DNA from: Candidatus Methylomirabilis limnetica
GTDB lineage: Bacteria > Methylomirabilota > Methylomirabilia > Methylomirabilales > Methylomirabilaceae
Assembly (NCBI RefSeq): GCF_003044035.1
Contig: NZ_NVQC01000036.1
Coordinates: 1-32,000, forward strand
Reading direction: 5' to 3'
Length of the DNA stretch: 32,000 nucleotides
Positions 18,615-30,619 of this stretch are shown in pieces. Every line of letters starts with the position of its first letter. The stretch's first letter is position 1. Both the position numbers and the translations under genes were made by a program. The notes below the pieces were generated by a model that saw only the letters and a list, made by a program, of their open reading frames with translations, did not search any database and was not told the origin of the DNA.

Positions 18615-19529
18615 ATGAGGTCCTATTTGCGGCGCCAGCTACTCGTGGCAGGTTGCCTTATTCTCCTACTATCGGTCTCGGGGTGCGCTGCTCTCGACCT
18701 CTTTTCACCGAAGCAGGCCGAGACACCAGCCGGATCGGATCGGGAGTTGATGAGCCAGGCCGAGGCGGCCATCGCCCTGAAGGAGTATGCTGATGGGCGC
18801 AAACACCTACAACGCCTGATCAACCAATTTCCTGAAAGCGAATTGGTTCCTACGGCTCGTCTGAGCGTTGGTCGTGCCTACTTCGATGAGAATAGGTACG
18901 ATGAGGCACGCGCCGAGTACCAACGGTTCATTGAACTGTTCCCACAACATGAGCAGCTTGATGAAGCCCAGTATTACACGGCACTTTCTTACTTCCGCCA
19001 GATAGAGAAGGTAGACCGTGATCAGACGATGACCAGAAAGGCGGTGAGAGAGTTTCGGACCCTGATCAGCGAATTCCGTAGCTCCCAGTTCGCACCAGAC
19101 GCGCAGGCCATGTTGGCAGAGAGCCAGCGGCGACTGGCCCATAGGGAGCTATTCGTCGGCAAGTTTTACTTTCACCGCGCGGCATATGGCGCCGCCATCT
19201 CGCGGTTCGAGTCTGTCCTGAAGGAGTACCCGGGATCCGAGTACAACGACCAGGCACTTTACTATCTTGGAGAGTCGCTCTGGGAACTCGAGCAGAAGGA
19301 GCTGGCCAAGGCTGCTTTTCAGCGCCTCATCGCGGATTTTCCGGGTTCTGACGTGACTCCGCTGGCCGCGAAACGGATCGGCATGACCTTCGTCCAGGAT
19401 CCGGGTAACCGTAAGCCCCGCACGAGCTTCCTGAACACCGCGCTCGCCGCGATGTCCGATGCTATGTCAGAATTGAAGGACGCTATCTTGGACAGTTCGA
19501 TCTGGGCGCCCGCGTTACCACAGCAATGA
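18615..19529 (+). CDS. bamD: Outer membrane assembly lipoprotein BamD/YfiO-like (TPR)
   Basis: It has a lipoprotein signal MRSYLRRQLLVAGCLILLLSVSGC, then TPR-like repeats (Y..A...F....Y..A). The start is either the ATG at 18615 or at 18606; the track start at 18501 is unlikely. Confidence 0.8.
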   Translation: MRSYLRRQLLVAGCLILLLSVSGCAALDLFSPKQAETPAGSDRELMSQAEAAIALKEYADGRKHLQRLINQFPESELVPTARLSVGRAYFDENRYDEARAEYQRFIELFPQHEQLDEAQYYTALSYFRQIEKVDRDQTMTRKAVREFRTLISEFRSSQFAPDAQAMLAESQRRLAHRELFVGKFYFHRAAYGAAISRFESVLKEYPGSEYNDQALYYLGESLWELEQKELAKAAFQRLIADFPGSDVTPLAAKRIGMTFVQDPGNRKPRTSFLNTALAAMSDAMSELKDAILDSSIWAPALPQQ

Positions 19530-19554
19530 CGACGCGTTCGTAGGGGAGAGCTTT

Positions 19555-20568
19555 ATGCCCTCCCGTTTTTCAGGCGGAAATAAACCCCGCCCCTACCTTA
19601 CTAGCGGGACTAGCCACTCAAATCGGCCGCCATCTCTTGGGCACGAGACCCGTGCGCTACTTCGCCAATATCATCTGCTGCCGAAACGAGGCCTCGGGCA
19701 AAGTTTTCTCATCGCCCCTACGGTCCGCGATCTGATCCTTCGCGCGGCAGAGGTGGAACCGCACGACCTCGTGGTAGAGATCGGTCCCGGTACGGGTGTT
19801 CTGACCGAGGGTCTCGCTGAACGGGCGGGCTGGCTGATGGCTATTGAGCGGGATCCTGGGCTCCATCGTCTGCTGGTGGATCGCCTCAAAGATCATCCCA
19901 GGGTTTCATTGATCTGCGATGACGCCCTCAGCTTCGATTTCGTGAGTGTTCTCGATGAAATGTTCCCAGGACATAAACCGGCCAAGCTGGTTTCAAACCT
20001 TCCCTATTCGGTGGCCACTCCTCTGATCCTTCAGTTGATCCCGTTGCGGCAGCACTTTTCCTTCCTCCTGGTTATGGTGCAACGAGAAGTGGCGCAGCGG
20101 CTCCTGGCGGCCCCCAACGAAGAGGGGTATAGTGCCTTGACACTCCGTTGTCACTACGAGGCAGACGTCTCAGTGGTGGCGCAGGTCTCAAGGACAGCCT
20201 TCTATCCGAAGCCTGCCGTTGATTCTACCATCGTTCGTCTCGATCTACTCCATGGACCCAGGGTGTCAGTGCAATCCCCTGATCTGCTGTTTCGCATTGT
20301 GCGAGCTGCTTTCGGACAGCGCAGGAAGATGCTCCGCAATGCGTTACTCCATGCCGACATCATGGCGGAGCCCACAGCCCTAGAGCGGACCCTGGTGGAT
20401 GCGGACATCGATCCGAAGCGCCGCGGCGAGACCCTGAGCCTCGATGAATTCGCCAAGCTAGCCGATCGCCTGCATGCGATGGGAATGTTCCTGCCCACCC
20501 CCCCTCACTCCCCCCTCTCCCCCACTGTGGGAGAGGATCAAGGTGAGGGGACTGACGACGACAGATGA
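19555..20568 (+). CDS. rsmA: 16S rRNA (adenine1518/1519-N6)-dimethyltransferase RsmA/KsgA with repeat-derived N- and C-terminal extensions
   Basis: It contains PKRGLGQSFL and the SAM-binding motif VVEIGPGTGVLTE, plus VSNLPY. No in-frame ATG/GTG/TTG lies between 19555 and the conserved core. Confidence 0.88.
   Translation: MPSRFSGGNKPRPYLTSGTSHSNRPPSLGHETRALLRQYHLLPKRGLGQSFLIAPTVRDLILRAAEVEPHDLVVEIGPGTGVLTEGLAERAGWLMAIERDPGLHRLLVDRLKDHPRVSLICDDALSFDFVSVLDEMFPGHKPAKLVSNLPYSVATPLILQLIPLRQHFSFLLVMVQREVAQRLLAAPNEEGYSALTLRCHYEADVSVVAQVSRTAFYPKPAVDSTIVRLDLLHGPRVSVQSPDLLFRIVRAAFGQRRKMLRNALLHADIMAEPTALERTLVDADIDPKRRGETLSLDEFAKLADRLHAMGMFLPTPPHSPLSPTVGEDQGEGTDDDR
20494..20551. repeat. GC-rich repeat, family B, embedded in the 3' end of rsmA
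   Basis: cccaccccccctcactcccccctctcccccactgtgggagaggatcaaggtgagggga encodes the tail PTPPHSPLSPTVGEDQGEG. Confidence 0.6.
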
Positions 20569-21602
20569 GAATTTCGGCTATCGGGGAGTTTGCCCTGATC
20601 GAACGGATCAGAAGGATTCTGCCCAAGCCGCACGATGCCCTTCTTGGAATCGGTGACGACTGCGCCGCGTTGCGGCCCACAGCAGGCAGAGATCTTCTAC
20701 TCACGACTGATCTGCTCGTTGATGAGGTCGATTTTACGCGACAGACCATCACGCCTTTTCGTCTCGGACGTAAGGCGATGGGAGTCAATCTGAGTGACAT
20801 TGCCGCCATGGGGGGTCTGCCGCGCGCCGCGCTTGTCACTCTGGCAATCCCTCCCGAAGAAGAGATCGAGTTTGTCGATGAACTCTATCGTGGCCTCCGG
20901 GAGGAAGGTGCGCAATTCGCAGTCGAGGTCATCGGCGGCGATCTTTCCGCCTCTGCAACACTCATGATTGGCGTGACCCTGGTAGGAGAAGTTGAGGTGG
21001 GTAAAGCTGTCACACGTTCCGGGGCGAAACCGGGGGAACGGATTTGGGTTACGGGCCGATTGGGTGCGGCGGCGGCAGGTCTCATAGCGCTTAAGGCCGG
21101 TTTCCGTCTCCTGGACGATCATGTCGAGACCCCATATGAAGTCTCCGGCTCGCTCCAGGAGGATATCAGACAGGCCATCGAACGACATCTCTGCCCTATC
21201 CCAAGGATCCGGGAGGGAAGGGCCCTTGCGCAGGCTGGAGTCGCGTCAGCAATGATTGATCTGAGTGATGGGCTGGCTTCTGACCTGACACATCTCTGCC
21301 GCGAAAGCGGGGTCTCGGCGACGATCAGAGAGGATCAGATCCCGATCGATCAGGCGGCATCAGCCGTCGCGCAGCGCTTCGCTCAAGAACCACTTGCCCT
21401 GGCACTGCAGGGTGGAGAAGACTTCGAGCTGCTCTTTACCTCTTCGTGGGATCCTGCCGATATTGTCGCCATGTTCCCTGATGCGGTAACTGTGACAGCG
21501 ATTGGGAAGGTCTGGGAAGCAGGTCACGGATGCCGCCTCGAACGGCAAGATGGCAGAGCGGTTGCGCTTGCCGGTGGTTACGATCATTTCTGGCAACAAT
21601 AG
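20565..21602 (+). CDS. thiL: Thiamine-monophosphate kinase
   Basis: It contains IGEFALIERI...LGIGDDCAAL and the AIR-synthase-related fold motif GGDLS. Its start overlaps the rsmA stop (ATGA). Confidence 0.9.
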   Translation: MRISAIGEFALIERIRRILPKPHDALLGIGDDCAALRPTAGRDLLLTTDLLVDEVDFTRQTITPFRLGRKAMGVNLSDIAAMGGLPRAALVTLAIPPEEEIEFVDELYRGLREEGAQFAVEVIGGDLSASATLMIGVTLVGEVEVGKAVTRSGAKPGERIWVTGRLGAAAAGLIALKAGFRLLDDHVETPYEVSGSLQEDIRQAIERHLCPIPRIREGRALAQAGVASAMIDLSDGLASDLTHLCRESGVSATIREDQIPIDQAASAVAQRFAQEPLALALQGGEDFELLFTSSWDPADIVAMFPDAVTVTAIGKVWEAGHGCRLERQDGRAVALAGGYDHFWQQ

Positions 21603-21635
21603 CTGTTAGCTATAAGCTATTAGCTGTCAGCTTTG
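21601..21635. repeat. Tandem heptad array (AGCTNNN x5)
   Basis: AGCTGTT AGCTATA AGCTATT AGCTGTC AGCTTTG, read directly. Related AGC-containing heptads lie at 29903-29923, 30249-30265 and 31781-31815. Confidence 0.75.
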
Positions 21636-21651
21636 GCAAGGAGGGAAGAAT

Positions 21652-22095
21652 ATGCGAGCACTGAGAGAGATATTTCACGGCCTGTTGTCGCTGGGGTCGT
21701 TTATCGGCGCCGCCCTCAGGGGGGTCATCACGATCATGGCCTTTACCGAAGGCGGCCGAATGCGGCAGTTTTGCCTTTCAAGGCGGATCGTCGTCATCTC
21801 CTGCATTATGCTGACGGTCCTGACCGTTGGTTCAACCGTGACGCTGCTCAACCTGGTTCGGGGCCAGTACTACCTGACCCGTATGCAATATTTGGAGCGA
21901 GAAAATCTCGCGATGACCTCGCTCCTGCAAGGGCAGGCCGAGCAACTGAGCAAACTCAAGCTGGAAATGGACAAGCTAAAGGAGTTCGAAGAGAGCGTGC
22001 GGCAGGTTGCCGGTCTCGGCGTCGCGTCCGATCTCCAGGCAAGCGACCCCGAACCCGCTAGCGGACGCAGACACTCAAAGAACCGTCGACCGTGA
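21652..22095 (+). CDS. Hypothetical membrane/coiled-coil protein (resembles the N-terminal region of M23-type peptidases, no catalytic domain)
   Basis: A strong SD AAGGAGGG lies 6 nt upstream. It has two hydrophobic segments, then LERENLAMTSLLQGQAEQLSKLKLEMDKLKEFEESV. Confidence 0.5.
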   Translation: MRALREIFHGLLSLGSFIGAALRGVITIMAFTEGGRMRQFCLSRRIVVISCIMLTVLTVGSTVTLLNLVRGQYYLTRMQYLERENLAMTSLLQGQAEQLSKLKLEMDKLKEFEESVRQVAGLGVASDLQASDPEPASGRRHSKNRRP

Positions 22096-22103
22096 CCAAC
22101 ACC

Positions 22104-24646
<2,543 letters not shown>

Positions 24647-24799
24647 CCTGATGTCCCCTGCTCTCGCTTGGTTACTAGCGCCCGTCGCTACACGCCGAGC
24701 GCAACGACGCTACGCACTGCCACCACTCCACCAACAACAACGCCTCAAAACAGCCTGAATGCTATCACGTTCAAGGCCTCCATGACTAGATGAAACGCA

Positions 24800-25800
24800 G
24801 GCGGTCACTTGAGGTAGGATGGAATCAATGGAAACCAGGGTCGTGTAAAATATAACGACGGAGGTGTCAAGATGAAGGGGATTCCACAGGGAAGGTACAC
24901 GAAGGAGTTTCGAGAAGAAGCGGTAAAACTGGGCACTGAAGGGAACATGACGATACCGGCAGCAACCCGGAGGGTGTCATTGCCGCCGTCAACGTTGGGG
25001 AACCGGCTGCGAACGAGTAAATCGGGAAAGCTATCTGAGATAGGCAAGAGCCAGAAGCCGCTGACCGGGATCGAGATGGAGTTGGCCAGGACAAAGCAGG
25101 AACTGGTTGAAGTAAAGATGGAGCGGGACATCTTAAAAAAATCCGCCGCGTACTTTGCGAAAGAGTCGCTGCCCGGTACGCGGTGATGCAAGAGATGCGA
25201 CGACAATATCCTGTATCGCTGATGAGCCGGGTATTGGAGGTATCGGCAAGTGGATATTACGCTTGGCTTGAGCGGTCCCCCTCTGATCGGACGCAGAAGA
25301 ATGCGCGTCTGGAGGTTGAGATCAAGGCCGCACCTACGCGTACACGCCAGACATGCGGTCCTGAACCCTTACAGCACGATTTGGCGGAACACGGGGCGTC
25401 CATGCCGACGTTTGCCGAATCAAACGCCTCCGCAAAAAGCTTGGGATGCGCTGTAAACAGACGAAGAAATTCACAGTGACTACCGATTCACGGCATACCC
25501 TCCCGGTAACCGAGAATGTGCTGGATCAGCAATTTAAGTCAGCACCACCCAATAGCGTGCGGGTGAGCGATATGACCTATACGCCGACCGATGAAGGATG
25601 GCTCTCTCTTGCGGGTCACAAGGATCTTTCCAACGGTGAAATCGTGGGCTATGCGATGGGAGAGCGTATGACGAAGAACTTGGTCAGCCAATCGTTGTGC
25701 CGAGCTGTCACCTCAAAGCGACCGGTAAGGGGGTTGATTCACCACTCTGATAGGGGAAGCCAGTATTGTTCGTATGAGTACCTCCATCAGGGCCCGACCT
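24800..25800 (+). mobile_element. IS3-family insertion sequence remnant (orfA intact, orfB frameshifted and 3'-truncated)
   Basis: It has orfA plus a -1-frame orfB, with an A AAA AAA slippery heptamer at 25135-25141. The left end is approximate (a TGA... candidate lies near 24791-24810). I could not identify a right inverted repeat. Confidence 0.8.
24872..25186 (+). CDS. IS3-family transposase OrfA (helix-turn-helix plus leucine zipper)
   Basis: ...YTKEFREEAVKL...ELARTKQELVEVKMERDILKKSAAYFAKES has the typical IS3 OrfA C-terminus. Confidence 0.85.
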   Translation: MKGIPQGRYTKEFREEAVKLGTEGNMTIPAATRRVSLPPSTLGNRLRTSKSGKLSEIGKSQKPLTGIEMELARTKQELVEVKMERDILKKSAAYFAKESLPGTR

Positions 25801-25808
25801 CCACGTGA
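25183..25808 (+). pseudogene. IS3-family transposase OrfB, disrupted
   Basis: It contains YPVSLMSRVLEVSASGYYAWLERSPSDR.... The frame then changes near 25393-25399: the expected ...HGVHADVCRIKRLRKKLGMRCKQTKKF is readable only after a 1-nt shift. The integrase core ends at ...HHSDRGSQYCSYEY, with no third catalytic-residue region. Confidence 0.8.
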
Positions 25809-25999
25809 GCCGGTCCCCCCCCATAGCTCCGCAGTATGTCCAGGGTCTCGTCCGTGGAGCCCCCGTCCATGACGAGGTATTCCAATCTGGGATAGTCCTG
25901 CGAGAGAACGCTCTCGATGGTATCCCGGATGAACCGTCCCTGGTTGAGAGAAGGGGTGATGATCGAGACCAGCGGGAGCGGGTTTACGCCATTAGACAT
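25787..25999 (-). pseudogene. Glycosyltransferase family 2, N-terminal fragment only
   Basis: [47 protein letters not shown] is a GT2 N-terminus. The homology stops at the junction with the IS3 remnant (about 25785-25815). Confidence 0.75.
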
Positions 26000-26026
26000 G
26001 GCCCGTCCACGAAAGCTGCTTCGGCT

Positions 26027-27043
<1,017 letters not shown>

Positions 27044-27128
27044 TCAGGTTAGCATAAAGTTACGCGCTCGATCTAATGAAGTCAAGGAATTTGGCTCATG
27101 GCACGAAAGCATGGCTACGCTTCGGTCC

Positions 27129-27244
27129 TCCACCCCCCCATCCTCACCTTCCCCCTCATGGGGGGAAGGGACACCTTTTGTGGATTCCTCTCCTCCCCTT
27201 ATGGATTTCCTCCCCCCTTGAGGGGGAGGATGAAGGTGGGGGGT
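27129..27244. repeat. Composite family B element (two inverted ~36-bp GC-rich arms around a spacer)
   Basis: The left arm is ccacccccccatcctcaccttccccctcatgggggga. The right arm is tcctccccccttgagggggaggatgaaggtgggggg, its approximate reverse complement. Confidence 0.7.
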
Positions 27245-27470
27245 AATCCCAGAACCGAACTACTCGATACCCGACGCTCTCAAGCCAAGCGGTCCGAATG
27301 CTGCCGATAGAAAGGGATCTCCCCGCACTGTCCTGCCAAGAGCCAGGAGCTTGAGGGGTGGCTATCATTTCGTAGTGCGCTTGGAGCCAAAGCAGGCGGT
27401 CCTCAACCTTGGCGAGGGATGGGGCGGTGGGAATTGGCTGAGTGCCGGCGGCTGGACGCTTCTCAGCAGC

Positions 27471-28829
27471 CTATACCTCGACCACCTCGTCGGGCATGAG
27501 GGGATGGATCGCCAGGCCGGTAAGGAGCTTGGGGTAGAAGAAGGTTGACTTTGGCGGCATCCGTAAGCCGGCCTCGGCCACCGCCTGGACCTCGGCGATT
27601 TTCGTTGGATTGAGCAAAATGGCCGCTGCCCACCCCCCTTGCTGGACCAGTCGGATGGCCTCTGCGGCATCATGGTGATAACTCAGCGCATCCTCCGGAA
27701 GATCGCACAGCCCTTGCCGGGACCACGGCCCCTCGATCAGAAGCGCATGAACGATGGTGACATCCAGTTGCCTGTAGACGGGTGGCTTGTCCTCATCCGC
27801 CTTAGCCTCCAGGGCCTGTTCATCGGCGAGCGTCAGGAGGTATGCACGCTCCTCTCCACCGTACAGGCCGAAACAGTGCGTCCCCTCTTTGGTCTGTCGC
27901 AGCCGGCTGAGCAGGGCCGAGGCGGCGGCCGCAGGGTCGCGGGGGACAGGCAGCCTCTCGACGGTGAATTGCCGGGCAAGCTGGGCCAGATATCCATCCA
28001 GGCTACCGCCCGGCAGGTGTCTGAGCAGCCGATGAATCGGAAGGATGACCAGGCCGGGGTCCTCGGCGCTGACCAGCGTCATCATGATGTAGTTGTAAGG
28101 CCGTCTCTGCGTCTGGGCGGGGTCACCCTTCTCTTTCTCCCGCATGAGATCTCGGAAGGTCAGCGCAGTCTCATACCGATGATGACCATCCGCGATGAAG
28201 AGCGGCGTTGACGCACACTCCGCCTGAAGTCTCTTGATCGCTGCACGATCCTGACAGGTCCAGACCCGATGGTGGATGCCGTCCCAATCGATGAGGTCAA
28301 TGGTCGGCTTGGACTCCTCGGCGGCAGCCGTCAGCCGATCCAGTTCAAGAAAGCGACCGGGATAGATGCCGAAGACAGAACTCAAGTTCGCGTGACAGGC
28401 CTGTATCAGACGAAGTCGGTCGGCCTTGGCTGCCCCCATTGTTCGCTCATGAGGGAAGACCGTACGACTACCGAACTCCTCCAGACGAACCAGCCCGATC
28501 AGACCGTATCGCGTGAGCGTCCCGGCGCCAGGGAGCTGAAAGGTCTGCTGGTAGAGGTACACGGCGGGCGCAGGGTCACGAACCAGCACCTGTTCGGTTT
28601 GCCATCGGCGGAAGTAATCTCCCGCGCGACTGTATTGATTCCGTACCGCGTCGTCTCCCTCCAGCGCCTCGCCGAGGATCAGGCGAATCACATTCTGCTC
28701 ATGGCGGGCGTGGAAGGTTCGCTGCCCCTCCGGTGAAATAACGTCATAGGGCGGAGCCATGACCAGGCTCAGCTCTTTTACGAGGTCCGGATTGTACCGT
28801 AATCCTCTGAAAGGTGCGATTATAGCCAT
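27471..28829 (-). CDS. DUF1015 family protein (function unknown)
   Basis: The N-terminus IAPFRGLRYNP...APPYDVIS is what I recognise as the DUF1015 signature. The ORF is 452 aa. Confidence 0.8.
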   Translation of the reverse strand: MAIIAPFRGLRYNPDLVKELSLVMAPPYDVISPEGQRTFHARHEQNVIRLILGEALEGDDAVRNQYSRAGDYFRRWQTEQVLVRDPAPAVYLYQQTFQLPGAGTLTRYGLIGLVRLEEFGSRTVFPHERTMGAAKADRLRLIQACHANLSSVFGIYPGRFLELDRLTAAAEESKPTIDLIDWDGIHHRVWTCQDRAAIKRLQAECASTPLFIADGHHRYETALTFRDLMREKEKGDPAQTQRRPYNYIMMTLVSAEDPGLVILPIHRLLRHLPGGSLDGYLAQLARQFTVERLPVPRDPAAAASALLSRLRQTKEGTHCFGLYGGEERAYLLTLADEQALEAKADEDKPPVYRQLDVTIVHALLIEGPWSRQGLCDLPEDALSYHHDAAEAIRLVQQGGWAAAILLNPTKIAEVQAVAEAGLRMPPKSTFFYPKLLTGLAIHPLMPDEVVEV

Positions 28830-28857
28830 AGTGCCCTTTCGGCTGAATGTACTGAAG

Positions 28858-28990
28858 ATTCATTCCCCGCAGCTTGCCGCGAGTTCGTCATACCGGCGGA
28901 AGCCGGTATCCAGAGGGCCCGACTGGATTCCCCCGTATCCAGTACGGGGCAGGCGTGTCAAGCACGGAATGACGAGCCAGAACAGAAGTC
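28858..28990 (-). repeat. MITE-like repeat, family A, copy 2 (inverted, 5'-truncated, with a ~24-nt insertion in one hairpin)
   Basis: Its reverse complement aligns with 6893-7000. The extra segment gcctgccccgtactggatacgggg lies within the CACGGAAT hairpin. A family C unit is adjacent at 29006-29028. Confidence 0.8.
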
Positions 28991-29049
28991 GAAGGGTAAT
29001 TGTGGTTCGACAGGCTCACCACGAACGGCTAAAGTGAACAGTATTGACT

Positions 29050-29883
29050 CTAGGTCAACCCGGCGTAGATCTCGGGGCGACGGTCTTGGAGGAAGGGCCA
29101 GATGTCCCTGATCGTCTTAACCCATCCCAGGTCGACCTCGGCCAGGATCACGCCTTCGCTGGCACCGCTTGGTTCCACCACGAAGTCGCCGTTCGGATCA
29201 ACACAAAAGCTCCTGCCGTAAAAGGGCAGCCCGTCCTCGCCCTCGATGCGATTGACCCGAAATACAAAAACTCCGTTGTAGACCGCGCTCCCGACAATCG
29301 CCCGCTCCCACTTGGCGGAAGATGCGACCACCGAAGCGGACATCGGCGCATAGATCACGTCGGCCCCCTGAAGGGCGAGCAGGCGCGACCCTTCCGGGAA
29401 GAACATATCCCACGAGATTTGGATGCCGATCGTGGCGTATCGGGTATGGAACACGGGGAATCCCTGATTCCCGGGCTGGAAATAGAACCGTTCCTGATAG
29501 TTCTGGATCTGCGGGATATGATTTTTTCGGTAGCGACCCAGCAGGATCCCATCAGCGTCAAACACCAGGGCCGTATTGTAATAGGCGGCATCGTCCCCAC
29601 GCTCGAAGATCGGCGCGATCACAACGACTTGGTGATCCCGTGCAAATGCGGCAATCGTCTCACTGAGCGGCCCAGGAACCGGCTCGGCGACGGCAAACTG
29701 CGACTGATCGACCTGACTGGGAAACCAGGGCCAGGCAAAACACTCCGCAAAGCAGATAACCTTCGCCCCCCGTTCAACCGCAACCCGGCCGAGCTCCAGC
29801 GCTCTCTCCAGATTGGCCCGAGGGTCAGCCACACACCCCATCTGGATCCCTGCAATCGTCAGCATACTGTTGTCCATTCCCAC
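29050..29883 (-). CDS. Carbon-nitrogen hydrolase (nitrilase superfamily) with Ser at the nucleophile position
   Basis: Its motifs are ICFAECF (Glu47), YRKNHIP (Lys120) and IGIQISWDMFFPE. The last is the hhhC(W/Y)DxxFPE motif with Ser157 (TCG, + strand 29413-29415) where Cys is expected. The start could also be Met7. Confidence 0.85.
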   Translation of the reverse strand: MGMDNSMLTIAGIQMGCVADPRANLERALELGRVAVERGAKVICFAECFAWPWFPSQVDQSQFAVAEPVPGPLSETIAAFARDHQVVVIAPIFERGDDAAYYNTALVFDADGILLGRYRKNHIPQIQNYQERFYFQPGNQGFPVFHTRYATIGIQISWDMFFPEGSRLLALQGADVIYAPMSASVVASSAKWERAIVGSAVYNGVFVFRVNRIEGEDGLPFYGRSFCVDPNGDFVVEPSGASEGVILAEVDLGWVKTIRDIWPFLQDRRPEIYAGLT

Positions 29884-29885
29884 TC

Positions 29886-30281
29886 GTAACTACTTAGGCG
29901 TTTAGGCTGAAGGCTGAAGGCTCTACAGTATCTCGCAAGGCACGAATGAACTACCCCGCAGCAAGCTACGGGGTATCGTCTTCTGTTCTGGCCCGTCATT
30001 CCGTGCTTGACACGGAATCCAGTCGGGCCCGCTGGATACCGGCTTCCGCCGGTATGACGAACTCGCGGCAAGCGGCGGGGAATGAACCCCCAGTGGATTC
30101 AAGACCTTCTCGGTTTCCACGACCTTTAGTTCTATCAGAGAGGACTCCTCATTGGGCAAGAAGTCCAAACGCTCCGACAAATTGCGACGTCATCAGCCAG
30201 CTCACATGCCCGAAGTGTTGCGTGATTACTGCTTTACCCCTAACGGTCTTCAGCCTTCAGCCTATCTACCTGAGTAGTTAC
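29886..30281. repeat. IR-bounded ~396-bp element carrying a nested family A copy (29941-30085)
   Basis: The 36-nt terminal inverted repeats at 29886-29921 and 30246-30281 match at 30 of 36 positions by hand alignment. Each contains GGCTGAA heptad duplications. The element fills the whole spacer between the DUF35 gene and the CN-hydrolase gene. Confidence 0.75.
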
Positions 30282-30289
30282 TCCCACTC

Positions 30290-30619
30290 TTAGATCAGCC
30301 GAAAGACCGGCCCATACGGGAGGACCTCTTCAAAAACCGCCGGATCGCCGATCTCCGCTGCTCTCCCAGCCGGGACGGTGAGTCGAGCCGTGACCCGCAG
30401 CCCCTCTTCCAGATCGATGACCGCGATGTCGTACGGCTCCTGCCCCAGGAAGACGGTCGGCGGCACTCGAATAGTCGTGAAGGAGGTGAGCGTGCCTCTA
30501 CCCGACAGGTTCACTGGCAGGATGGTTATCGCCCCACAGCGCCGGCAGGAGTGTTGAGGCCTGGCAAACAGGCCTTTGCAGGCGTCGCACGCAAACGCCT
30601 CGAATGAGGCCATCCTCAT
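30290..30619 (-). CDS. DUF35 zinc-ribbon/OB-fold protein (thiolase partner)
   Basis: It has a four-Cys ribbon CDACKGLFARPQHSCRRCG followed by an OB-like region. Its start overlaps the stop of the upstream thiolase-like gene by 4 nt. Confidence 0.8.
   Translation of the reverse strand: MRMASFEAFACDACKGLFARPQHSCRRCGAITILPVNLSGRGTLTSFTTIRVPPTVFLGQEPYDIAVIDLEEGLRVTARLTVPAGRAAEIGDPAVFEEVLPYGPVFRLI

Noticed and set aside
27098-27310. Short Pro/Gly-rich ORFs at 27000-27673, 13321-13659, 14460-15018, 6822-7121 and 29859-30293
   Set aside because: They are translations of repeat families A, B and C. The same peptides recur wherever a repeat copy lies, in either orientation.
29044-29889. A 281-aa plus-strand ORF
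   Set aside because: It is antisense to the CN-hydrolase gene, whose minus-strand translation carries the family motifs.
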